Source: Centroscyllium fabricii (Eukaryota). From it: a stretch of DNA of 64,000 nucleotides. Shown here piece after piece: positions 51,910-63,052 of this stretch; within the stretch, counting starts at the first letter, position 1; each line of letters starts with the position of its first letter. Below the pieces are notes generated by a model, which made no database searches, had not been told where the DNA came from, and saw only the letters and a program-made list of their open reading frames with translations. A program made the translations under genes and the position numbers. The DNA lies in contig JBNRSN020000013.1 of the NCBI GenBank assembly GCA_051313645.2, forward strand, positions 94,054,001-94,118,000, read 5' to 3'.

Positions 51910-52157
51910 GTCCAAAGATGTGCGGGTTAGGTTGATTGGCCATGATAAATTGACCCTTAGTGTTAGGGGGATTGAATATGTGGGGTTACGGGGATAGGGT
52001 GGGATATGTGTCGGTGCAGGCTCGATAGGGATCGAGGGATATGGGGAGAAGGCAGGGAAAGGGTGCTGGGTTTGGATGATCAGCCATGATCTCATTGAAT
52101 GGCGGAGCAGGCTCGAGGGGCCGAATGGCCTACTCCTGCTCCTATCTTCTATGTTTC
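51910..52157 (+). mobile_element. 3' half of HE1-like SINE with CR1-derived tail
   Basis: Near-identical to the reverse complement of 60966-61213. Confidence 0.85.
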
Positions 52158-52803
52158 AATGTAACCAAGATAAAACTTGAGACTTTCAATATTTATTTAT
52201 TTTAAAAGGCGCAGTGTGCCTTAATTAAACTTCTAAAACTTTACTGATTTAATGGACAGTTAAAAGCTTTAAAAATCAAGAAGAAAGCTGCTACTTTTTG
52301 AACTGTGTTGTAGTAATCCATACAGGTGCTAATTATTTTTAATTAAGTTACTTAGCCACCATTCTTGGCATATAAATGAATTTCTTCTCACTTCACAGAA
52401 AAAGTAAAATGGCCAGTGAAGCTCACCTGCTTGGGACCTATTGCTGTAGCTCACTGGTCAAAACAGAAGCATCTCCCTTCTCTGACTGCAATGGGGATAC
52501 AATCTGAGGACAACTTTAATGTTTAGAGCCATGCAAACCAGACCTAAGTTTTTAGTCAACGGCTTGTAGTTCACGTTGTAGAATCTGACCACTGCCCATA
52601 AACATAACAGCATGATCTTGCTTCGGATGAAGTATTGGAGGAGGCTTCTTTAGTGGAAGATCAATGTCTAATACAAACACCTGTACCCGAGGTCCTGCTG
52701 CTACTTCATTGTAAGAAAGAAAGAACAAACTCATATTGCCTCAGGACATCCCAAAGCATTTCATAGCCAATGAAGTACTTTTGAAGTTGGGTCACTATTG
52801 TAT

Positions 52804-54125
52804 TGCCCTTTGGAGCATCATTCTACCATTACAATATATGCTATTCAAACCGAATTGCTGTAATTCCACAAATGATATCTCCATGGTGCAGCAGCACACA
52901 ATCTGTAGACTCAGTATTTCATCATCTATATCTAGATGTATTCTAGCCTTTGATCCCATTCTGAATGGAATATTCATCCACTTTTTTAAGTCGATATGGT
53001 GTTAACTGCTTTTGGTAGGAATGCATTGTACATATCTGCTATTCTATACTTGGGGGTGGGGGGGGGGGGGGGGGGGATTCAGTTGCTTTGCACCTCCAGT
53101 AGCGCCCTCTTCCTTCTTGGAGGCTACCACTCAATTTTGACTGCAGTGGCACTAAACCCGGCGAAGCTGGTAAAGATCTAAGGCATCAGTTAGATGAGGT
53201 TTGTGAGTTGCAGAAGATGGGGATGCTTTTTCCCCCAAATTGAATTCAGAACGAAGGGAAATGAATGATTCTGGGACTTCGCGCTCTAAATTATGCAGAG
53301 GGACGAATAAAACTTAAGAGATGACAAAGAGCAGCATGGTCCAAGTTTTTAAAATGCTGAAAAGCATGGATAGTTAAAGTTGGTCAAATATGGTTTTAAC
53401 CCTAAAACTTACACCTGCCACTCCAAATCTAAAAAAATTGCCAATTTGGAGAGACATCAGATTCAATTTTACACGCCCCTTTCTGCTGTAGTCGTAGTGC
53501 CACACACTACACTAGATCCTCCCTTCTCCTCTCCAAATCATACAAGATAAATATATAGAACCAAAATTAAACCAGAGGAAAAAGATTTTGCTGAAATTCT
53601 TGTAATACTTGAAAAAATATTTACCTTTAAATACAACATTCATCCTCCTCAAGAAATTAAAAAATACAAACAAACAAAAAAAAACTCAGGATAGACATTA
53701 GCAGCATACTTAACTGGGCACAGAACTAAATAACCCTCAGATGAGACAAAGGGGGAAAAATTGAGTCACGTCTAGCTTCACCGGGTTTAGTGCCCCTGCG
53801 GTCAAAATTGAGTGGTGGCGCCCAAGAGGGAAGAGGGGGCGCTACTGGAGGCACAAACCAACCGAATTCCCCCCCAAGAATAGAATAGCAGATATGTACA
53901 ATGCATTCCTATTAAAAGCAATTAACACCATATCGACTTAAAAAAACGTGGATGAATATTCAATTCAGAATGGGATCAAGGGCTAGAATACATCTAGATA
54001 TAGATGATGAAATACTGAGTCTACAGATTGTGTGCTGCTGCACCATGGAGATATCATTTGTGGAATTGCAGCAATTCAGTTTGAACAGCATATATTGTAA
54101 TGTTAGAATGATGCTCCCAAGGGCA
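52804..54125. repeat. Foldback structure: ~360-bp inverted arms (52804-53170 and 53772-54125) around a ~600-bp spacer
   Basis: The arms are reverse complements with scattered mismatches; twin ORFs 52795-52977(-) and 53952-54233(+) translate almost identically. Confidence 0.9.
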
Positions 54126-54883
54126 GGGGAAATGTCAGACTTTATCTTGGATGTTTTACTTGTGTTATTTTATTTATTATTTTTTCATGGCAATGCCTAT
54201 AGTAGAGTGGATGATTCAATTGGTTATGCCTGATTAACGAGCAAAGATCTGTTGAGTTAGATTTAAATTAAGGCTCAATTCTATTATTTGGACATCAATG
54301 CAATTTCCCAACATTTACACACCTGTATCTATAGCCAGGCACACACATACCTGGCAATCATTAGGTAGCCAAATGCAGAGATGTGCCATCTGTTGCAGGA
54401 TAAATGCAGTGAACATGCATGGTTAGGAAGGCACTACCAATGACAGTATCACTCAAATACACCCAAAAATACTCAGCCTCTGCCTCCTTCCAGGCATCTT
54501 GCAGGACGTCCAATGCAGAGGATGCTCAAGAGCAGCAAAAAGGGCCACCATCCACAACTAGTACACCTCTACTGCATCAAAGGGAGGTCTCGAGTGCTGT
54601 TCTGCTCTAACCCTCCATCAGACTCTCCTTACTTCCAAAGTCTTCGACCCAGCTCAAAAGGTCCATTTTTGTGGTAATATTCTTTGCCCAGTTAATTCTG
54701 TAACTGACCTGGAAATGGTAAAGTACCATTCTACTGAACTAGACCTTGACATACAATGTGCAGTGAGGAACTGAAATTTGACATTGTACCCAGAACATCC
54801 TTCCAGAGAACGAGTCCACTTCATTGAGCCTGTGCACATGTTTTGAGCAGGATTCCTCATTTTAAAGTGCCTCATTTGCATCA

Positions 54884-55620
54884 ATCCAACACCGCCTTCA
54901 GTGTGCCAGTGCAGTCTTCGGTCGCCTGAGGAGGAGAGTGTTTAAAGACCAGGACCTCAAACCTGGCACTAAGCTCATGGTCTACAGAGCAGCAGTGATA
55001 TCCGCCCTCCTGCATGCCTCAGAGACATGGACCACGTACAGCAGGCACCTCAAAGTACTGGAGAGGTACCACCAACGCTGCCTCCGCAAGATCCTGCAAA
55101 TCCATTGGCAGGATAGGCGCACCAACGTCAGTGTTCTTGCTCAGGCCAATATCCCCAGCAACGAAGCTTTGACCACGCTCAATCAGCTCCGATGGATGGG
55201 TCACATTGTCCGCATGCCCAATACGAGTCTCCCAAAACAAGCGCTCTACTCGGAGCTCTGGCACGGCAAGAGAGCCCCAGGTGGGCAGAGGAAACGCTTC
55301 AAGGACACCCTCAAAGCCTCCTTTAAAAAGTGTAACATCGCCATCGACACCTGGGAATCCCTGGCCCAAGATCACACAAAGTGGAGGAGAAGCATCAGGG
55401 AAGGTGGCGAACACCTCGAGTCTCTTCGCTGGGAGAAAGCGGAAGCCAAGCGCAAGGAGCGCACGTCAGCCCAAGCACCCACCCACCCGCCCCTTCAACC
55501 ACCGTCTGCCCCACCTGTAACAGAGACTGTAGGTCCCGCATTGGACTCATCAGTCACCTGCAAACTCATTTTTGATGTGGAAGCAAGTCATCCTCGGTTC
55601 CGAGGGACTGCCTAAGAAGA
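54884..55620 (+). mobile_element. RTE-clade (BovB-like) LINE 3' end
   Basis: TKLMVYRAAVISALLHASETWT, QLRWMGHIVRM, GGQRKRFKDTLK, C2H2 finger CPTCNRDCRSRIGLISHLQTH, AAG-repeat tail. Confidence 0.9.
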
Positions 55621-56416
55621 ATCACTGGTAAGTACTGGTGGCGGGATGCAACTTGGCCAGTGACCGAGGCAGGGTTGACCATAGTTTCTCTGATTATAGT
55701 AAGCTTTATTTTTTACTCAAAAGTGGTAAATGGAATATGGCAAAGAAACCATAAATAATGAGAAACTTGGTAAAAAGGTGAAGGATATTGTCAAGTACTG
55801 AAACTATAGGAGAAATCTGCAACCACGTTGAGAAAAAGAGACAACCGGCTAAGAAATGACAAATGCAAGCTTTTTGCGGCATGGGAAATAACAGACATTT
55901 GCTGTTGATAGCACAAGAAAAAGGAATAAGAATGAGACCCATTTTATACAAGTGTACACAGCTTCTTGCTCCCTGTCCCTCAATTTGTTTTGACAAAGGT
56001 TGTGTCTCCTTCTCCACTTCATTCCAAATCCAACTAGTACTCCTGATGTTCCCCTCAAATCTGTGATTATGCCTTTCAAAGTGGAGAATGTCAGTTGACT
56101 GTCCATGGTTAAACTTCTTGACAGGACAGTGCCCCAGGTGATTACCCCCCAGGTAGGATAATGCAAACCACCTATTTGTACATGGAGGCGCTTTGTCATA
56201 TAAATATAACACCTTATTTATCAAAATGTTAATTTTATTTCTGAGGGAAAAAAGTCATTTTTCCATGGTACTCATGAGTAGTTCAATTCCCAGCAATCTG
56301 CAGGATGAAAACTTTATTCAATGGCTTACAATGGAATAGTACATATTAAAAATACACATATTCACAGATAAATTAAAGACATAATCCATCAGTGATGGAA
56401 TGCAGTGAAGACTTAC

Positions 56417-56795
56417 CCAGCTGCAAACTGAGGGGCTGACATGAGACCAGGATTGGCTAGTCCTGCAGCAGCAGCCATGGCAGCTAGGCCTGGATTGGTG
56501 ACATGCCCTGCACTAGTGGGTACCTGTGCAGCTGCTGCTTGTAGCGCAGTGGCCGCCGTCTGCAGTCCAGACGCTGACACCATAATTTGGCTTGTGCACA
56601 GAGGGTTTACTAAGCCAGTTGAGGTTGTCTGTGTGGTATTTGTATCACTGCTGCTGGACGACTCAGTCACTGAAATGGATGCTGATGGTGAAGGGGTCAG
56701 AGACGGCGAAGTGACTGTCGACGTGGAAACTGCAGATGCTAGGCCGGTGATTACAGATGCCACGTTTGTAGGAGCTGTACCTGATGCAGTTGTAC
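56417..56795 (-). CDS. POU2F1: Oct-1 Ser/Thr/Ala-rich exon: [11 protein letters not shown]...[13 protein letters not shown]...[14 protein letters not shown]...[23 protein letters not shown]
   Basis: CTCCCAG acceptor, GG|GTAAGT donor, 379 nt, phase 1/2. Matches OCT1 VTSPSLSPSPSAS...[14 protein letters not shown]...QFAAG. The POU domain exons lie beyond the window end. Confidence 0.95.
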
Positions 56796-57179
56796 CTGGG
56801 AGCAATAATGAGAGATTAGAATTTTGATATGAATTTTGCTTCCTATTTTACATTTCATCAAAATACTTCTAAAATGATTCACAGAATAAAATATAGGCAT
56901 GAGGAACTGAACACTCTCCTTTTGAGGATAATCGTGGCATATTGTTGAATGTTGTGTTCAATTTTACACTAATTTTGGTGTAGAACACAGTTAAAGAAAC
57001 ACATATCTAAATGCTACAGGGATCAAATTGACAATTATGAACACAAAGTTGCGACTAAGTTTCCATGGATAAGGAAACAACTGCGCCCTTCTTTCTCTGA
57101 ATGATAAGAGTACAATGTCTAATTTTCCATGCTTCAGCATAACAGAAGTAATTCCATGTTTTGTAAATTCCTGATTTTA

Positions 57180-57820
57180 GCGGAACCAAGCACTGGAATT
57201 CATTTCTAGAGGGATAGATTTGAAAAGCAGAAGTTAGGCTAATCGTGTATCAAACCTAGGTTAGACCACACTTGGGAGTACTGTGCACAGTTCTGGTCTC
57301 CATATTATAAAAAGGATATAGAGGCAACTGGAGGAGGTGCAAAACAGATTCACAAGGATGATACCAGAACTGAGAGGATACAACCATCAGCAAAGGCTGA
57401 ACAGGCTGGGGCTCTTTTCTCTAGAAGAGAAGGCTGAGGGGTGACCTGACAGAGGTCTTTAAGTTTATGAAAGAGCTTGATAGGATAGATGTGGAGAAGA
57501 TGTTTCCACTTGTGGGGGTGACCAAAACTAGGGGCCATAAATATAAGATAGTCACTAATAAATCCAATAGGGAATTCAGGAGAAGCTTCTTTACCAAAAG
57601 AGTGGTAAGAATATGGAATGTGCTGCCACAAAGAGTAGTTGAAACAAACAGCACAGATGCATTTAAGTGAAAGCTAGATAAGCACATGAAAGAGAAAGGA
57701 ATAGAAGGATATGCTGATAGGGTTAGATGAAGTAGGACGAGAGGAGGGTTGTGTGGAGCATAATCGCCGGCATAGACCAGTTGGGCCAAATGGCCTATTT
57801 CTTTGCTGTACTCAATGTAA
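57180..57820 (+). mobile_element. CR1 3' fragment
   Basis: GTTAGACCACACTTGG.AGTACTGTGCACAGTTCTGG, TRGHKYKI, RVVRIWNVLP. Confidence 0.88.
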
Positions 57821-58117
57821 CTATCATAGCAGATCCTGAGTGTTAGAAATGCTAATCTACCTAGTGTCCCACATTTGTCGAACCTCCAAATAAAAAAAAT
57901 ATCAAAGTGGTGCTAATTGCAGTCAGGTGATGCAAGTTCTCATCACTCTTAGCTGTTCGGTTCTGGCAACAAAGTTTAGTGAAAGCAGGCAAATGACTCC
58001 AGCCAGCTGCCTCATGATAATCAAGGGATGAACCTTCCACAAACTGAGCTAAGATATGGCTAGAATAGCTCCAGATAGCTTAATTGGTTAGGCATCGACT
58101 AACTGAGACACACAGAC

Positions 58118-60775
58118 ATAAGAACATAAGAAATAGGAGCAGGAGCAGGCCATTCGGCCCCTCGAGCCTGCTCTGCCATTCAATGAGATCATGACTGATC
58201 GTCTGCCTCAACTCCATTCACCGGCCCTATCACCATATCCCTTGATGCCCTTACTAGTCAGAAACCTATCGACTTCTGTTTTGAATATACCCAATGACTG
58301 AGCCTCCACAGCCCTCTGGGGTAGAGAATTCCAAAGATTCACCATCGCTCTGTGTGAAGAAATGTCTTCTTATCTCAGTCCTGAATGGCCTACCCTTTAT
58401 CCTGAGGCTGTGGCCCCTGGTTCTAGACTCCCCAGCCAAGGGAAACATTTCCCAGCATTCACCCTATCAACCCCTATAATAATTTTGTATGCTTCAAATG
58501 AGATCCCCTCTCATTCTTCTGAATTAAAGAGAATACAGGCCTAGTTTACTCAATCTCTTCTCATACAAACAGTCCCGCCACCCCAGGAATTAGTCTCGTG
58601 AACCTTCGTTGCACTCCCTCTATGGCAAGTACATCCTTCCTTAGGTAAGGAGACCAAATTGTACACAGTACTCCAGGTGTGGTCTCACCAAGGCCCTATA
58701 TAATTGGAGTAAGACTTCTTTACTCCTGTATTCAAATCCTCTTGTAATACTATTGCCATTACCAGCATATCATTTGCCTTCCTAATGGCTTTCTGCACCT
58801 GCACATTCAGTTTGTGACTCATGTACAAGAACACCCATGTCCCTTTGAGCATCTGCATTCCCCAATCTTTCACCATTTAGGAAATACTCTGCCTTTGTTT
58901 TTTCTACTAAAGTGGATAACTTCACATTTATCCACATCATATTCCATCTGCCATGTTCTTGCCTACTCACTGAGCCGGTCGATATCCCCTTGAAGTCTCT
59001 TCACATCCTTTTCGCAACTGACACTGCCACCTAGCTTTGTATCAGCAGCAAATTTGAAAATGTTACAATTAGTCCCCTCATCCAAATCATTGATATAGAT
59101 TGTGAATAGCTGGGGCCCAAGCATGATCCTTGCGGTACCCCACTCATCACAGCCTGCCATCCTGATAAAGACCCATTTATCCCTACTCTTTGTTTTCTGT
59201 CTGTAAACCAATTCTCAATCCATGCTAGTATATTACTCCCAATTCCATGTGCCCAAATTTTGTTCACCAACCTCTTGTGTGGGATCTTATCGAAGGCCTT
59301 CTGAAAATCCAAATACACCACATCTACCGGTTCCCCTTTGTCTACTCCACTGGTTACATCCCCAAAGAACTCTGTTAGGTTTGTCAAACAGGATTTTCCC
59401 TTTCTTAAATCCCTGTTGACTCTGCCCAATCTTGTTCGTTTTTAAGTGCCCAGTTATTGCATCCTTTACAATAGATTCTAGCATTTTCCCAACTACTGAT
59501 GAGGCTAACAGGTCTGTAGTTCCCCGTTTTCTCTATCCCTCCTTTCTTAAATAGCGGGATTACATTTGCTATCCTCCAATCTGCAGGAACCGTTCCAAAT
59601 TTTTTGGGAAGTTGACAACCAATGCGTCCACTATCCCAATGGCCACCTCTTTCAAAACCCTAGCATGTAGGTCATCCAGTCCTTGGGATTTATCGACTTT
59701 TAGTCCCATTAATTTTGCTAGTACTTTTTTTTTTACTAATACAGGTTGAGCACCATTAATCCGTTACACGAAAAACCGGCAGCTTCAGACGTCCAGCAAT
59801 GACTTCCCCGACTGCCCTGCGCATGCGCAAAATGGCCGCCGTGTGTGGCTGCGCATGCCCGGGCCTCCCCGACTGTTCTGCGCATGCGGAACATGGCCGC
59901 CGCACTTGGCTGCGCATGCCCGGGCCTCCCCGAACGATTGCTGCTTCGGCAAATGATCTGCGCATGCGCCGCCGAACGGCGAGCGCATGCGCAGACCATT
60001 CAAAGCTTTGCGGCGGCCATTCTGAATGATCTGCGCATGCGGCGCCGAACGGCAAGCGCATGCGCAGACCATTCAAAACTTTGCAGCGGCCATTTTGAAT
60101 GATCTGCGCATGCGACGCCGAACGGCAAGCGCATGCGCAGACCATTCAAAATTTCACGCCGGCCATTTTGAATGCTCTGCACATGCACTGCCGAAGCTTC
60201 AATCATTCGCCGTTTTCAACAATTCGGCAGGGTGCTGGTCCCGGCCCTGCCGGATTAACGGTGTTCAACCTGTAGTAATTTCTTTAAGTTCCTCATTCTT
60301 GCCACACCCTTGGTTTTCTCATATTTCTGGGAGATTTTTTGTGTCTTCCTCTGTGAAGACAGAAACAAAGTATTTATTTAATTTCTCTGCCATTTCCTCA
60401 TTCACCATTATAAATTCTCCCGTCTCTTGACTGTAAAGGACCTACATTTACCTTCGCCAGTCTTTTCCTTTTCACATACCTATAGAAGCTTTTACAATCC
60501 GTTTTTATATTTTTCGCTAGTTTGTGCTCATAAACCATTTTCCCTTTCTTCATCAATTTCTTGGTCCCTCTTTGCTGATTTCTAAAAGGATCCCAATCCT
60601 CAGGCTGACCGCTTTTTCTGGCAACTTCAGCAGCTTCCTCCTTTGACTTAATACTAGCTTTAATTTCTTTAGTTAGCCATGGTTGGATCACTTTTCCTTT
60701 TGGGTTTTTATGCCCTAGAGGAATATACGTTTGTTGCAAATTATGCATTATTTCCTTGAATGTTAGCCATTGTAT
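58118..60775 (-). mobile_element. CR1 LINE ORF2 (decayed) with 3' tail, interrupted by a MITE
   Basis: KGKSCLTNL, VYLDFQKAFDKIPH, SGVPQGS, IKTDCKSFYRYVKRKR; tail (CATAAGAA)n on the + strand. Confidence 0.92.
59742..60272. mobile_element. Tc1/pogo-type MITE carrying GCGCATGC-rich tandem repeats
   Basis: TIRs CAGGTTGAGCACCATTAATCCG / CGGATTAACGGTGTTCAACCTG, TA TSD. Two ~60-bp units and three 73-bp units starting at 59954, 60027 and 60100. Confidence 0.85.
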
Positions 60776-60963
60776 GTCCTGCCCAGACAAGGAAAGTTCC
60801 AGATTTGATTCCTGGCTTGTGCCAAATTAACTGATCTCATTTTAGACAGTGGCAGGCCACAACTATCACAATGCTCCAGTGTTGGGGAGAAATCACCCAA
60901 GGTTCCCACCTTTGACTGCACCCCAGCAGCCCCTGGAAATGCACACACGCAGACCATGGGTGA

Positions 60964-61362
60964 TAGAAACATAGAAGATAGGAGCAGGAGTCGGCCATTC
61001 GGCCCTTCGAGCCTGCTCCGCCATTCAATGAGATCATGGCTGATCATCCAAACCCAGTATCCCGCCCCTGCCCTCTCCCCATATCCCTCGATCCCTATCG
61101 AACCTGCATCTACACATATCTCACCCTATCCCCGTAACCCCACATATTTAATCCCCCTAACACTAAGGGTCAATTTATCATGGCCAATCAACCTAACCCG
61201 CACATCTTTGGACTGTGGGAGGAAACCGGAGCACCCGGAGGAAACCCACGCAGACACGGGGAGAATGTGCAAACTCCACACAGATAGTACCCGAGGCTGG
61301 ATTTGAACCCGGGTCTCCAGAGCTGTGAGACAACAATGCTAACCACTGTGCCACCGTGCCGT
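60964..61362 (-). mobile_element. Full-length HE1-like V-SINE with CR1-derived tail
   Basis: Minus strand GACGGCACGGTGGCACAGTGGTTAGCA...GGTTCAAATCC, V-domain, tail CTCCTATCTTCTATGTTTC. Confidence 0.88.
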
Positions 61363-61408
61363 CATACTACTCATTGTTGAACAGCCTGCTTACAGCTGTC
61401 GTCTAGGC

Positions 61409-61644
61409 CAGTGGTCCCCAACCGCCGGTCCGCGGGACAGTTTTACCGGTCCGCGGCAGGGTCTGTGAATCGGCGCATGCGCAGATCAATTGCCGACGGG
61501 CCGCGGCAGGGTCTGTGAATTGTCGCATGCGCCGATCATTCGCCGACGGCAGGGTCTGTGAAATCTCCGCCAGCACCCCACCCCCCGCGAAAAAATTGAC
61601 ACGCCCAAAATGGGCCGCGGTCGCAAAAAGGTTGGGGACCCCTG
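61409..61644. mobile_element. hAT/Charlie-type MITE
   Basis: TIRs CAGTGGTCCCCAACC / GGTTGGGGACCCCTG. Perfect 8-bp TSD GTCTAGGC at 61401-61408 and 61645-61652. Confidence 0.9.
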
Positions 61645-62069
61645 GTCTAGGCTCACACATGAAGAATGGCTGCTTGTTTGAGGTCCCGGAAGGCCCCGAG
61701 CAACTGTGGAACCATACCGCAGTGAAGAGTCAATTTTCTGAGATGCCTGCTTTACGTGGGCAGTAACATGATTGGATGTAAAAGTGGAAATGATAGAAAA
61801 TTGGATGTATAATGTCAGCACATCATTACCATCTCAGTTCCAACAGCAATAGCCAATATGGGCATGTAGTTTGCCTGGCTGATACAATAGACATCGTAAA
61901 ATGAGGGGGAAGCTGAAGACGACCAGATTCTCAGTGGCTGGGCTTCCTCACATTTAGCACTGGTACAACAGTCAGCTGGGAGAAAATGGAGGCTCAGGAT
62001 TTTCATTCCTGTTCCTACCAAAGCCATAAAAATCCAATATGCGTTCTCAGAAAGCTTTTAAAAACCATT

Positions 62070-62540
62070 ATCACACTGTAGCAAACTGAAGCTGCAATCC
62101 TTCCTCGAACTCTACGTTCCTCGAACTCTGGCCTCTTGTACATTCCCCACTCTCTTTGCCCCACCACTGGTGACTGTGCATAAGTTTTCTAGGCCCTACC
62201 CCCAGCAATTCTCTCACTAAACTTCTCCGCCACTCTCTCTTCCTTTAAGACCCTCCTTAAAACCCATATCTGACAAAGCTTTTAGTCAACCCTCCTAATA
62301 TCCGACGAACGGTCATCAACCTGAAACATTAACCCTGTTTCTCTCTTCACTGCCTGACCTGCTGAGTATCTCCAGCATTTTGTTTTTATTTCAGATTTCC
62401 AGCATCTGCAGTATTTTCTTTTGGTCTCCTACTATTTCCTTTGGCTCAGTGTTAATTTTTGTCTGATTACACTGCTGTGAAAGACCATGGGACTTTTCTT
62501 CACATTAAAGGCGCTATATCAATGCAAGTTGTTGTTTTAA
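62070..62540 (+). mobile_element. L2 3' end interrupted by a Penelope-derived short element (about 62301-62425)
   Basis: CTTTAAGACCCTCCTTAAAACC and tail AAAGGCGCTATATCAATGCAAGTTGTTG. The insert carries CCGACGA..GGTCATCAACCTGAAACATTAAC. Confidence 0.7.
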
Positions 62541-63052
62541 CACACTAAAGAGGCGGGCGTTTAAATGCAGTGAATGGAACACTTCCTCTTGGTGTTATAG
62601 ACTATTAAAGTAGCTTTCTTTGACACTAATAATACACAACCACCACCTTCTGGAACTTCTGTTGTTCTTAGCCAACCCTCTCAAAAGCCATTATTCATTA
62701 GGTTTGTCCACATAATAGCCACCGCCTTCATGTGAAGCAGTGAGATATTTCAATGGGATAAGGCGCTACACAAGTCCAAGTTTTGTGTGATCTTGTTGAT
62801 CAGAAGCGTTATCAGAAGATTATTTGCTTAAAACAAATAATACGGATCGCACTGGGGCTTGAATAAACACAGTGCATCATTATGCTCTCTATGAAGTGCT
62901 GAGCCGAAAGAACCAATAAAGCCATCAAATTTACATCCGCATAACATCAAGGCAGAGCATTGATGACAGAGTACACTGCTTGATTATACTATACTGGTCC
63001 ATACCCTCACACCTCCGATGAAAAACGTATTCACTGAAACCATTCAAGGTCT

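Noticed and set aside
52795-54233. Twin ORFs MNI.FRMGS.ARIHLDIDDEILSLQ as a duplicated small gene
   Set aside because: Fully explained by the inverted repeat; no splice or homology support.
24665-54881. Octamer motifs ATGCAAAT/ATTTGCAT (24665, 30526, 30982, 51215, 54874) as Oct-1 autoregulatory sites
   Set aside because: About the number expected by chance in AT-rich DNA, and not clustered.
59805-60172. Regularly spaced repeats suggestive of a CRISPR array
   Set aside because: Whole units repeat with no unique spacers, they lie inside TIRs, and the context is vertebrate.
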